A stretch of DNA of 64,000 bases. Source: Gracilinanus agilis. Lineage: Eukaryota. The stretch is from contig NC_058130.1 in NCBI RefSeq assembly GCF_016433145.1, positions 525,897,012 through 525,961,011 of the forward strand, read 5' to 3'. Both the position numbers and the translations under genes were made by a program. Positions 12,472 through 25,811 of this stretch are shown piece after piece. The notes under the pieces were generated by a model. It made no database searches. It was not told the origin of the DNA and saw only the letters and a program-made list of their open reading frames with translations. Positions within the stretch are counted from its first letter, which is position 1, and each line of letters begins with the position of its first letter.

Positions 12472-15374
12472 CCCCCCTATTATTTTTGAAGGAAGGGATA
12501 TGGAACTCCCCTCATACCTGAAATTTATAGAAAATGACCATTTCATCTTTTAAAGAAAAAGAAATAAAGGAATTGAACTTTCAAAATGAGATGCTTGTGT
12601 GCTTTTTGTGAGTAGATAAATGTAGTTCTTAAAGCATATATATATATATATATATATATCCATCAAAAGTAGAATAAAACTTGCACTGACCAAAGAGGAG
12701 AGAGTCAGTGGAATAAACCCACCTGCAGGGTTTAGAGCACCTGAAATTGGGCATATTTCCCACTGGGCAGCCATTAAGTTTCTGCTGCTAACCTCTGGTA
12801 GGTACAGCTGGAGAGCTTTCACATGTGTGCAAGTTATGCCCAAGGTCACCCACCTAACCAGATACACCTACTGCAATCTTTTGGTGTCCTTTTATATATA
12901 AGTGTCTTCAAAGACTTTACTTAAAGTACAATTTGGGGACTCATTTATAGGTCTTATTTTCTCAAAATTGCCTAGCTCTTTTTTCAAGTGAATTTTTAAA
13001 AAATGAAACAGCTATTATGTTGAGAGGCAGAGAAAAGAATTTCGAACTCACATGGAGTTTCACTAGCTGACATAGGAAGAAATTAAACATATGCACATAA
13101 TGTGAAAAGAGATGTTACTATAATCTTGTTTTGCCTTTGCAGCCATTAGTTGGGATTCTCTGTCTTTCAGCTAAAATGTTCTCAAAAAATAACTGAGCTT
13201 TTACTTTTTTGTGTGTTCCTAATAGCACATTGATTTTTATTAGAACTTACAGGAAACCAAATACCCAATTCTTTTAAAAAATTATTCATCTTTCATAGGT
13301 ATTAAATTTGTACCTTCAGACTCTGCACAAAATCTCTGCGACATTAGTTACACAAAAAGGATATGCTCACTGTGATAATTTTTCAGACTTTCTTGCCATA
13401 TGGTGTTTCAGGCCTTAGACGTCTTATTATAAGGATTAAGTAATGCCTCAATGGACAAGGTAAGACACTATCTGATAGCTGACTTGGTATTCTACCCACT
13501 GTGCCATCTATGTGATGGAATTTCAGGCAAAATTTTGTCTTCTTAGCCTTCAAGTTATATTAGGTAAACATTCTCCAGAAAGAACCAGAACAGATAGAGG
13601 ACTGGTCTTGGAATCAGGAATCCTGAGGTTTAAGTTCTGCTTCTGGTGGCAGTAGAAACATGGGGCAAATCATTTAACTTTTTAATGCCCTGGGCAACAC
13701 TCTCAGGTTATAAATTCAGGAGTTACTGACCTACATTAATGGAGTTTGGAAATTACATTTAATCTGGACATACCTTCTCTAACACTCATACCCCAAAAGT
13801 ACTCAGCAGCTCTGCCTCTGTGTAGAGCTAGCCCTGTCTCAGTAAGGCTAATTTGAAGGCTCATCTCAAGAGATATTTTAGAGCTTAGTCATTCATGATT
13901 AGAGAGGGTGAGGTCTCTGGCTCTAGGAAGTAACAATGAATTATTAACAATTCATAATTTTTTAAGGAAAACTGTTGAATGTTTTGTCTACTGATGAGTT
14001 CAAGTATTTCTGGAATTTATTTTTCCCTAGTTTTCTTCTATAACTGTCTCCCCTAAACCTTCCCACTAGAAACAGGCAAATAGTAAATATAAAAGGAATC
14101 AAATAATCGTTGCTAGATCCATTTAGAAAGATCCAATCTGCTCATTTTCTTAATGTATTTCCTAATCCTTCTTAGTGATCAGATCCAGATGAGAATTTAC
14201 TCACTCCTTTATCTTTCACTCCCCACCTCCAACTCTTTTATGTATCTACACCTTTCTTAGGAACTAGTCTAACCTGTTTAATAAATGATAAAATTGACTT
14301 ACTTTACTCAGTTTAAGGGGGGGGACTAATTTTGTTCAAATTACTTTTCAAGTATAGTAAGGCAAACTGCCTTTTAATAATTCTGTTTACACATTAAGTG
14401 CTATTCATTGAGTTTGGTATCTTTTGTTTGAATCCATCACCAGGGAAGTGGAACAAGTCTTCCCGCCTTTATAATATTAAAACAAAGGTCAAACATTAGA
14501 AAATTCTTTTTGATTTGGATAATAGCTTCAGTTGCATAAACTAAACCATTCACTTCTTTTCTTATACTGAAGAGAATATTTTTAAAAAATGATAATGAGA
14601 ATGCTGCAATACAGGAAAGGACATTCACAGAGGTTAGACAGAGAATAAAAAACATAGGCAACAAGTGAAAAATAAAAAGAAATACTTGCTTCATTTCTAC
14701 AGTAGCAAAACACTGTCATAATTCTAAGCTATATATATGTATATATGCATATATACATATATTAAATAAGATGATATGAATTTTCAGAGAAATGTGAATT
14801 TTAACATAATAATACTGTATAAATTAACCACACATACAGACACATCCTACTTTAGTAGGGTAGTAGAAACACCAGTACAGCACTCAAAAACAAGAATGCT
14901 GTATTTAATACTAACATTGCATCTTCTCTTTCTTTTTTTCTAGTCTATGCCTCAACTTACCTTATCAATAACAATTGTGTTTAAAAGATGTTATTTAGAT
15001 AAATGAGTTAACAGAGGCTACACAAACTGCAGGGGTTGGTCAATGCAGTTATTGTCATTATCAATTTGTGGCTTTCACCTCCAATTCCTTATTTGGAAAA
15101 TCTTTTGTCACTTATCTCTAGCTTCTTTGTTGATGTCTCTCTACCCCTTAATGCTGAACCCAGATATCAGACATCCCAACTTCCCTGATCCCTCTTCCTA
15201 GATTGTGTAATATTGGAAATTTGGGATGCCTTGAGGTCCCTAATCTAAACTTCCTGTGGACAGTAGGGCTCTTTTCAAACTATATTTCCCATGATTCTTG
15301 GCTTACGTAAATGAGTTAGGAAATGACTTAATAACATAAACAGAAGGTTAAATAGTGAGTGCCTGGGTTGGTAT

Positions 15375-15510
15375 TCTCTCGCTTTTTTTTTTATCATGGA
15401 GCAGGAGCGAGGATGGGAGGAACAGGTAATGGCGGGTCCCTTTAAAATAACAGTCACGTGGCTCCATTTTTCTAAATGGCTTTCAATAAACCCTTTGAAA
15501 CCATAATATT
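15375..15510. promoter_or_regulatory. Candidate enhancer (CpG-retaining patch with E-box)
   Basis: 4 CpGs in about 80 bp; GTCACGTG at 15453-15460, ATGGCGG (YY1-like core), CCTTTGAA (TCF/LEF-like). Confidence 0.3.
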
Positions 15511-18500
15511 TTTAATTTTATCACTCTATATTAATTTTATTTCTTACAATTGAAATATAATCATATTTTATGATACCATGCACTTTTGCGTCAGCATTAT
15601 TTGTAGGGCTTATCTAATACTAAACTATAATCTCCAAGAGGGAAGGGATCATATATTATTTAAATATGCAATTTCCCTTACTACTTAAAAGAGTTTATAG
15701 TACATGGTAGGTGCTTAATTAATATTTTAAAATTTAATGAAAATTGATTTGCTGCAATTTCAGTTTTCCTAGGGCATCTCCCATTATTTTCCTACTTGTT
15801 GTTTCTCATTTTCTAGAACTGGGATAGTTCTTGTCTTCCTCAAAGACTCCCAACATGATTGAGGGTGGGATGGGAGACAGATTCATTAGGTTAAGTATTT
15901 TAGTATTAGCAAATTAGAAAGATCATGTAAAAATTCTACAATCAAGTTTTATATCTGATAGTGCATTTTTCCTAATAGATGAAAATCAATAGTCAATAAA
16001 TGGTCAACAGATATTTACTAAATGCTTATTATGTATTAGGCATTTTGCTAGGTTCTGGGGATAAAATTATGAAATCCAAAGACAATTCTTGCCTTCAAGT
16101 TGCTTAAGTCTCAAGAGGGAAGACAACACACAAAAGAAAACTTCACTGAGGTTGGAGGGATGTTGTGGAGGAGGAGATGAGGGGAAAGGACAAGAAGAAG
16201 ATATTGGACTAGGGATCATGGCGGAGAAGTCAAAGAAGTCCAAAATGAATGTTTTTAGGTAAGAAATGAGGACATGTCTGAGAAGATGCTTATGTCTCTA
16301 CCTTTTAATTAGAGAGGCAGAAGGTACTAAAAAGGTGTGAGTAACAAGGCTGACTCGATCTTGCAAGATGATATTTCCCAGTGGTAAGTTTAGTGGGGGC
16401 ATAGAGGAAAATTCAAAGATATCCAAAATGAGCTGGGCTTGAGAGGTAAGTTAAAGAAGAACCAGAACTCTCGTCTCAACAATATGACTCCAACTGACTC
16501 AATAATAGTTCATGGAAATGCTTCTGTCCTTGAACATTTTCCTACTTAAATTAATGTTTATTTAATAATCGCTAAGAGGGAATTTTTTTGGGGAAGGAGA
16601 AAATCCTCTCTTCTTTTGTCCTTCTCTATTTCCTTGGAGTAAATCTTGGCAAACTTTGAAAGTATGGATGATTTAATATTTCATATTTGTGTACTAGTAG
16701 CATCCTTGAAACAGCTGATAGTAGTGTCTGGCTAGAAGAAGGACAAAGTAAATATATGGAGGGAAGAGAGGTTCAGGAATCTACAGGGAACCCAGGAGAA
16801 AACTACCACATACCTAGACTTGATGAAAGATTTCTGAAAGGGCCAGGATGATATCAAAGAATTGTTGAAAAAAATTCCTAATCATCTAGGATATTCCAAA
16901 CTGAACTGAAGAAAGAAGGTACAGGAACCATGGCTAAAGCCAATATTAATTTTGTGTAATATAGTAAAGGAGATAGAATAGCACTTTATTCACTTGAGAG
17001 TTTCCATTCTCATAATATATACTTATAGAGTTTTAGAGCTGAAAAGGACCCTTAGAATCCAATTCTCTCATCTTAAAAATAAGGAAACTAAAATCTCAAG
17101 GTTGTTAAATGGCTTATATTCACTAAGCCAGTAGCCTAAGTCAGGTCTGGAATTGAAGACTTACTGATTTCTAATCAGTACTCGTTTTCTCTGTGCCATA
17201 TTGTTCATGGTGGTTTAATATGAGGATTTGTGAAAATGTTAAGAGGGCTGGACTTGACATCCAGATAATCTGGAGTTCAAATCTTGCTTCTTAACCCTAC
17301 TACTTATGCGACTAATGGTGAATAACTTTGCCTTTTTCAGGCTGTCTCTTCATCTGAAAGATATGGAACATATGGAAAACTACCTCACAGAGTTATAAGG
17401 ATTCAAGATAATATATGTAAAATTCTACAAAAACATCAGCTATCATGACATGTTTTAATAGTTTTATTTTAGTTATCCTCTACTTAAGTACTACTCAAAT
17501 GATCCCTTATGGTATGGAAATGACTCTGGGTTCTTGTAGGCTATAGAGCCCAAGCTCCAGTAGTTCCTATTAAGGTAGAAAGGCTTCAAGGACAGGACTG
17601 GTGAGGACCAGACTAGCTAAGTTCAGAAAGTTCACCAGTTTGATGGTCACAGTATAATAAATTTTGTTGGTCATAATCATCCTCAAAAATGTTCTTCTAA
17701 TAAACCACAAAAGGTATGGAATCTACAAACATTTTCCTACCTAAATTAAATTTATGTTTATTTAATAATATATTATGGAACATGGTATGATATGGAACAT
17801 ATCGAACATGAGGAACAGGAGTGCCCAGCCAGAGAAATTATTTTGAAATATTTCAATGATTAGGAATGACTTTGAGCATTCCTAAAGATCATGCTAATTG
17901 GTCATTTAGTGAAAATTCTAATACTCTTTTTGGGATTCCTTCTGTACTCATACTCTGCATTGAATCAACTAAAGGGAAAGAAGAAGGGTTGCTGGTTTGG
18001 TGCCTACACTAACTGACTAGAACATCAGCTCCAGAATTTTTAACTGAAAACATTGGTCTAAGAAGTTCGTGTTATTCCTATGTTCAAGTAACTTTGACAA
18101 TTAATGCCAATAGATCTGGCTGAAAGATTCTGAACTTAGTCAATAGTTTAATTTCAAGGTCTCATACAATGCATGGCAGTTGCAAAGGAAATTTAGATTT
18201 CAAGGGCAAGCTTTGATAGTATCTACATTTTAGGAACAGATGGGTTTTTAAGGCAGAAGCATGGGGACACTAACTCATTAAAAAGGAAATAAACACAATG
18301 GATTCAACAATAAATCAATCACTGTAGCAGGTATATTAGCATTTTTATAATCTTCTGAACTCCAAAGGAGGAAACAAGCAACTTAAAATTCATTGTTAAG
18401 TGTGGACACAAACTACCTTGAAATGTATAACAGAGATTTGCAGAACTACAAGAAGAAATTCCTTGGGATTTTTCAACAAGTGACTCTATTGCCTCTGGTA

Positions 18501-19774
18501 CAGACTCAGACTCAGTTCAGTGATTTGTTTGGTCACTATATCTAGACTCATTTATTATGGCTCAGTGGTCTAAGCAGCAGCTTAATAACTTAAAGCAATA
18601 TGCTTCCATTTCAGACTTGTCAATGACTTTGTCTAGCCCTGACCAAATCACTCAACTCTTAACCGAAATGATTTCCCAAGGCAGTTATTTAGATATTTAC
18701 TGTTGTTTCTAATCATAAAAATACCTCTCAAAGATCTAAAATATAACAAAATAAAACAGAACAACCAAATAAAGAACAAACCCAGAAGAATAAAGAAAAA
18801 AGTGTCAGTTAAATTCTCAAAATATTTCCTGCCTCTAAATGTAGACTTATTTTGTTACTTAAAATAATATCACCTTTCTTTCTTTAAGACCTTGCAAAAC
18901 TATAGGTGAAAACAGAATGAAAGATTTTCTAGTTTTACTGAGGTTTCCCTCAGTGTCTTTACGTCTACCATTAAAATTCTATTTCTTTTTCAATTTTTGA
19001 CAATCTCTGATGAATTACTACAAATACCTTTTCCCACATAAGTAGTCCACTTCTCTGATCTTTCTATAGGGCAGAACACAAATTTATTGGTGGAATGGTC
19101 TGGGGGAAAATAAAATCAGGAATAAAGGGAAAAATCCAAATGACTTGCTATAGTACTCTGTAATCTGACTTGGGGAAATATTTTAAAAGAAATATACCTC
19201 CTTCATTCTAACTTACAGTATTTGAGGCAGAGTGAGAGAAGAGAGTGTACAGAAAAGAATGGGGCTTAAAAAAAGGCAGAAGCTTAGGATGGTTATAAAT
19301 CAGAAAAGTAGAAAACGAAATAATTATAGGATCCAGTGTCAGGATCAGGTTTCAAAAAGGGCCTATCCAAGTACAATATATTGGCAGGATTTTTTTCTGT
19401 TAAACTTGCTTGGGGCCAGAAAAAGCAAATCATACTCCTTATATTTCTGTCCTAAGGTCTCCTGGTAAAATGGAATAAACTAGTTTTGCAGAATGGGATG
19501 GATTTTACCTTAAACCAAATAATTGGCGAAAAGAAGGGAAAGAATCATCTTTCTTTGAATATACTTATCTTAATTCTCTTGGCTCAGGAGTGTTTTCAGA
19601 AGTACAAAATATACCAAAGTATTAAAAATAAGCAGCAAAAATATAAAAATCTTCCTCCTGTGATAAATATGCAACAGGAAATTATGATATGAGGAGCTTT
19701 AGGGAACTGATTGCATGTGACAAACATATTTCAGTTAGTTATGTGAAAGGCAATTCAAAAAGCCCACAGTTCCT

Positions 19775-19786
19775 CTGTGTGTGTGT

Positions 19787-19827
<41 letters not shown>
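19775..19827. repeat. (TG)n microsatellite
   Basis: About 26 TG units with one interruption. Confidence 0.97.
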
Positions 19828-19828
<1 letters not shown>

Positions 19829-20981
19829 ACATACATTTAACATTCAGGAGACTTTCTAAAAGAGGTATTTTGTCCCAGAATGGTTAGTTTCACATTATGT
19901 CCCTCATCGGTTAATTTTAAAGAGTATTTTGCTTACATTGTGACTCTATTTCCTCTAGGGTAAAATATAAGCTATTAAGCATAGAATGCAAAGCTCTAAA
20001 AATCTATTTCTAACGTACCTTTCAAGAATTATTTCACATTACTTTTTATCACAAGTTCTACATTCTAACTAAAAAGGTATACTATCTGTTACCTGAACTC
20101 AACATTCTACCTATTTCTATGTCTTCACTTATGCTTTCTTTCCTTTTTTCTAAAATGTACTCCTTCCTCACATTCAACTCTAAGAATCCTTATTTAGTTT
20201 CTTATAAGGCTCAGATCAGACGTTACCTCTCACATAAAGCCTCCCCTGATTTTCCTAACAGTTTGGGCTCTCTCTCACCTTGAGTCTGACACTTCCTTCC
20301 TGTGTGATTTAGGCCATCTCTTTTCACTTTTCTGGATCTCAAAGAGAAAGTTAGACTACATTTAAGTCCTTCAAGCTCTAAATCAAGGACCCAAAAAAAT
20401 TCTCCTGTGTAATTTGGTCATTTCATATCATAATAATTATGAGAAGTATTTACAAGAAAACTCCCATGAAGTTAACTGCAGTCCATAAACCAATGTTAAG
20501 GAAGATGAGGAAGTAGAGAAATCCTATGAAAGGCTCAATTAAAGCCTCTAAATATACCAATATTATCATTCATTATACTTAAAATATAGGCATGAGAAAG
20601 GAGAATGCAAAAATACATTTGAAAACATGGTTCAAGAGTAGGAAATGTGAGCAGTTAAAGGGTTATAGACTGAAGAAGCTTCACACCTATATATCATGAA
20701 TAATTCTTTCTTTCAATAAGAGTGTGGGAAGCAGTGGACATTATTAGCACTAAATAAAGGCACAAAAACACATATGAAGAAAATTATTACATAATAACAG
20801 GCTTTGAAAACATCCAGAGTTCCTGATAAAAATCATTTTGAAATTAGCTATCTGTATACTTTCAGACTGTTAGCTTTATAAAACAAAGATAAAAATCAAT
20901 ACCAAGTTAGAAGACTAAAATGATAAGCTTTGGAGTGCAATTGAGGCAACTCTAACTTAACTCATTTAAACAAGCTAATGA

Positions 20982-21164
20982 TTTTTTTTTAACCCTTAAC
21001 TTCTGCATATTGGCTCCTAGGTGGAAGAGTGGTAAGGGTGGGCAACGGGGGTCAAGTTACTTGCCCAGGGTCACACAGCTGGGAAGTGTCTGAGGCCAGA
21101 TTTGAACCTAGGATCTCTCATCTCTAGGCCTGAATCTCAATCCACTGAGATACCCAGCTGCCCC
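20982..21164 (-). mobile_element. SINE1_Mdo-type SINE (young) inserted in the RTE relic
   Basis: Full-length consensus-like copy; TSD 'ctaatgattttttt' on both sides. Confidence 0.95.
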
Positions 21165-22175
21165 ACTAATGATTTTTTTTTTAATGGGAAATAGTTAAAA
21201 TAACAGGCATCCATACAGATGATTACCATTTCCTAAAGAAGTTTAACCAGTGCAAATCAATCACTACAACAAGGGGACAAAAGACCCTAGAAACTGTAGC
21301 AGCAGCCTAAAAATTTTGGTTTTCTTCACAAGGAGAAACTATGGCAGCCAAAGGCAGCAAAATCCTAGAGTATACGTTAATTTCTATTGTTTTGGAGTAG
21401 ATTGTGGGAGATTATGAGAAGTATCACTTCAAAAAACAATAAGAAGCATAGAAAATAAAAATAAGATTATAGAAAACATACTAAAGGAAGCCACTGAGCA
21501 AGATTATACAGAAAGCATTTAAAGATGAAACTAAAAGTACAACAAATACATGAAAAAAAATTGGAAAAAATTTGTTAAGATGTCTATAACAAATTCTTTT
21601 CCCCATCAATGAAGGAAAGCCACCAAAGTTGAGCCTCTAAAATCACAGTCCCTGATATGCTACCTGAATAAGCAAAAATGGAACTAAAGATAACAATGAT
21701 TTTAAGAACAGATGGTCTAGGCAAAACATATATAAAAGAGGGTCATTTGGGAAGTGAAAAATGGTGAGTGATTATCAGTACATCTGAAAGAATGGAAAGT
21801 AAATGTTTGAAGGATAATATTGACATTATTACTATTAAAATTTTAAGACAATTGAAAAATATAAGCATCTATTAATCCACATCCCTATTTTCCCAACTCT
21901 ACAAAATCTATAAGGATATTATATAATTATACTTACATACAGGATCCTTGATGAAAGTAAAAGAAGGGGTTGGATGTCTCTTCACAAATAATATTTTATA
22001 GGAGATTTCACCTTTACTATTATAAAAACAAACAGAACTTACTGGGGATGTAAGAACTATGATTGACTGTAAAAATTTTTGATTTAGTAAACTAAAATTC
22101 TGTCATACTCTCCTTGACAAAGTGTATCTTTTACATGTTGAAAGTATACAAGATTCCTTTAAAAATATAGCAACA

Positions 22176-22374
22176 ACTGGATGTAGTAGATCATCCTACC
22201 AGATAGGCTGAGTCTGACAGGCATCTTAAACTTGGGAGTTTTGAGTGTTATAGCTCCAGTGTGCTATACAGATTAGATACCTACATTAAGTTCAGCATCA
22301 GTATGAAAGAGAAAGAGAGAGTAGTAGGGTAGTAACACTAGTCTACCAAAGGAGGGGCAAAAGATTCTGGCCCA
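22176..22374 (+). pseudogene. RN7SL: 7SL (SRP) RNA-derived pseudogene, 3'-truncated
   Basis: 'gtgtgctatacagattagatacctacattaagttcagcatcagtatg' matches 7SL GTGCGCTATGCCGATCGGGTGTCCGCACTAAGTTCGGCATCAATATG; also 'aggctgag', 'gggagttttg', 'caaaggagggg', 'ggccca' in the correct order. Confidence 0.8.
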
Positions 22375-23422
22375 ATCTACATTTGTGACTAGCCCCTGAA
22401 CTTCCAGGGTAAGCAAGATGGGTAAGAGGAGTTAACTTCCAATGTAAACAAGATGGTAAGCGGGTTTCTTAGAGATAGTGAATTACTCAGGATGCTCCAG
22501 AATAAGGATGGCATTGCTCCAAATGAATCAAGCAAAGTCTCCTACAATTATTCACAAAACTGACAAAAACCAAAGAGTTTGATCTAAGTACCCACAAGGG
22601 AAAAACAAGTGAATTAAGAACATTATTTACCAGTCTCTAATATTCCAGTTTATGATATGTACTTGGGTGGACAGACTTTTACTATGTATATCTTGCAGAT
22701 ATCTTGCAGGTGGTCTAGGCTCAGAATTTAATAAGAGGAAGAAAACTTGAATAGCTTAAATTTGGGAGATTGTACAATGCTTTTATAATGACTCCAGGGT
22801 TCTTCCTGAAATTAAGTCTTATCAATGATGTTCCAATATTTTTCTGGTAATATTGTATAATTTTGAGTTATGGAATATCAGAGGGTCCAGAATTAATTTT
22901 GTCAATCATCTAAAGGACAATGCCAAGGTATGTGGTAGACATTAGCAAGCAATAACAAATTACATTTATTTTCTGGCTCTCTCTTCATTAGCTGATCTGC
23001 CACTTAGAACAGAGAATATGCCTTTGGGATTTAACCATTTGTCTCTGAGACTTCCACCCTATGGCTACACTATCATGAATGGTGAGAATGCCTCATTTAG
23101 CTCACTATATCTGGCTGGATTGGCTCCAGTCATGCTTCATTTTTTTCCCCAGTCATCCAATCACCATCTACCTTACAACTTGGACCAAAAAACATTCCCT
23201 GAAGGACTTAACCCTTTCAATTCCAAAACTCCCACCTTGTGATCCCAATGTCCTTGTCAATAAACTTGCCTCTTATTACAGGTAGTTCTGAAAGGAAGAA
23301 ATCTAAATTGTTAAGAGACACAGTCTTAAAAAAAGTTCCAAATCACAAATAATTATACAAATTAAAATTAAAGCAAACTCTGAAATTTTACTTTACACTC
23401 TGATCATATTGCTGAAAATGGC

Positions 23423-23765
23423 ACTTGTTGGAGGGACTGCAGAAAAACAGGCATATTAATACATTATTAGTGGAACTATGATTTGGCCCAGTTTTTCTTG
23501 AAAGTAATTTGGAACTAAATCCCCAAGATCTCCCAACTGGGCTCCCCTTTTACTCAGTGATCCCACGTTTAGGTATTTATCACTAAAGAGATAAAAAACA
23601 AAAAAAAAAAACAGGGGAAAGAGACAAAGATACAAACATGTTTATAGTAGCTTTTTTTGTAGTGACAAAAAACTGGAAAGTAATGAATTCTCATCAATTG
23701 GGGAATTTCTAGATAAAACAGGGGTATGAAAATGTAAAGGAATGTTATTGAAGCTTAAGAAATGC
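23423..23765 (+). mobile_element. L1 ORF2 3' fragment
   Basis: 'gttggagggactgcagaaaaacaggc...gaaagtaatttggaact...catgtttatagtagc...aaaaactggaaa'. Confidence 0.8.
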
Positions 23766-24117
23766 CAGTAATATCTAATAATAATAGCTAGCTAATTATA
23801 TAGTGCTTTAAGATTACATTTTACAAACATTGTCTCATTTTCTCCTTATAACAATGCTGGATGGATTCATCCATCCACATAACAAATGAATTCTGTAAGA
23901 AGTTGTTTAAAGGATATTATCAGAGCTATGAATAAAAGGTATAGGAGATGAGCTGAATAAATAGTAAAGGTCAGGAATAACACAGAGATAGCTGGATATG
24001 CCATGCTGGAATTCACCTGGTGATCATATCAAGATGTATACTTTAAACTCTTTGGAGGGTTTATGAGAACTTGTGGACAAGATATAAACTAGATGAATGG
24101 CAATCTGTGCTATTACA

Positions 24118-24295
24118 TCAGGGATTCTTACCTTTTCGTATCATGAATCCCACTGCTTCAGTCTGGTCAAGCCTATGGACTCTTCGGAATAATGATTTAA
24201 GATACATAAACAATTACATAGAATTATAAAAGAAATCAATTATGCCGAGGTTTATCAAGATATTTTTTTAAAAAACAAGTTCATGAACCTCTGCA
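24118..24295 (+). mobile_element. Old hAT MITE fragment (CAGGGGTTCTTAACCT-type TIR)
   Basis: Starts 'cagggattcttaccttt'; internal 'gtctggtcaagcctatggactc' shared with the 38172 element. Confidence 0.55.
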
Positions 24296-24686
24296 ATAGA
24301 GAGAAAAAACTCTCATTGATGAGATCACTGATTCACAGAAGTATAGAATTGTAAGTGATATACTACCTAGTAGATTCTAAGTATTTTGAGGGCAGGAACT
24401 GTTTCCATTTTTATCTTAAATTCTTAGCTCTTAACCTTCAACATAGTGAGTGCTTAATGTTTATTGAACTGAACCTAAATTTATTATCATTGTCAAAGAG
24501 AAAATCAAGAAGAAAGAAGTCATTTAAAAAATAATACCTTATCTTTTGTCTTACCATCAACTCTGAGTGACCTGCCTACCCTGAAGGTAGTCATTTTAAA
24601 AAGTATTTTCAGTGTAAAAATTCCCCAAATGAACCATCTAAGTACTAAGCTTAGGAAGCTCTACCAGTAAGTCTCTGGGGTTATCA

Positions 24687-24947
24687 GTTGTTGGTGTTCA
24701 GTCATTTTTCAGTCTTGTCTGACTCTTCATGACTGTATTTGGGGTTTTCTTGGCAGAGATACTGGAGAGGCTTGCCATTTCCTTCTGCAGCTCATTTTAT
24801 AGATAAGGAAACTGAGGAAAACAGGGTTAAATGACTAGGCTCAGGATCACACAGCTAGTAATTGCTTGAGGTCAGACTTAAACTTAAGAAGATGAATCTT
24901 TCTGACTCCAAGCTCAGTATTCCATCCACTGTTCCACCCAGCTGCCC
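24687..24947 (-). mobile_element. MAR1-type CORE-SINE
   Basis: 'gttcagtcatttttcagtcttgtctgactc...ttttcttggcagagatactggag...cagctcattttatagataaggaaactgagg...cagctgccc'. Confidence 0.88.
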
Positions 24948-25765
24948 ACTGGTGTTATCCTTTTGGTTCTAAAGAACCTCAGTTTGCCCATCTTTAAAAT
25001 GAGAGGTTTGAATTAAGATAATCTTTAAGTTCCTTTCTTTCCCTGGCAGTTCATTTATTAAAAGGCTTTCTACTTCCATTTTCCCCATCTGTTCAGTTAA
25101 AGAGGAGAAAGGAGAATCATTCCCTTGTGAGAGGCTCATTGTTCTCTACCAGTAAGAGACCAAAGGCCTGAATGAGTAATGGATCCCGTCCCCTCAAGTG
25201 AAACACTTGCTGACCTTGAAATTTGAGCTTGATTTTAATATAGATATGTCAGCAGCTCCCCACTCCCTCTCGGCATTGTTCTTTTCATTTATGTCACATG
25301 AAACTTGTTTATAATGGCATGCATTCGATAAAGAACATGGTTCAGTGTTTAACAGGAATGTAGTGTTCCAAGCTGAACTCTGCTGTGTAGACTGCTATGA
25401 CCTAATGACATCGAATGGAAAGAAAATTAGACTAAACCTCTAGATTTTGCTCTGTAAAATGAGGATGATAAATAAAACCTAATAACCAGGAGTGTATGCA
25501 AAAAAGTGACAAAAATATACACATAAAATAATGCAAAATCCTTGGGAGAAAAATACCATAGACATCCAAGTTATGTCTTTTATTATGATGATCAAATATT
25601 CTCATAGGATATTTATCACAAATCAAGCCGAGATCTCAACTTTTCTGATTTCTTCCAATTACAAGATCCTTCCACCATACCAAGACAATATTGGTTTAAT
25701 CAACAATTCATTTTAATCCAACATGCATGTATTAAATATATTTACCATACTTTAAATATGCTTAC

Positions 25766-25811
25766 TGGGAAATCTTTGCATCTTCTTCCATAGTTGGGTA
25801 CCAGAGGTACA
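25766..25811 (-). other. Candidate 46-nt exon
   Basis: gtttattatag | exon | CCA-gtaagc; all three frames open. Confidence 0.22.

Larger units (their letters stand above)
20440..23060 (+). mobile_element. Degenerate RTE-clade LINE (APE endonuclease and RT remnants)
   Basis: Conceptual translations EDEEVEKSYE (endonuclease), PILFSQLYKI and KEFDLSTHKGKT (RT), and a 3' 'tttgggagattgtacaatgcttttataatgac' block; many stops and frameshifts; interrupted by a SINE and a 7SL copy. Confidence 0.8.

Noticed and set aside
13357-13366. ATATCCTTT (U12-type AT-AC donor-like) on the minus strand; GTATCCTTT at about 7676 and 9815 on plus
   Set aside because: No open upstream exon or matching U12 branch site was identified; one lies inside an L1; several such matches are expected by chance.
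14204-14273. Exon-like segment on the minus strand with a strong GGA|gtgagt donor
   Set aside because: Stops in all three frames and no independent support; illustrates the chance rate of such motifs. Could only be a non-coding exon.
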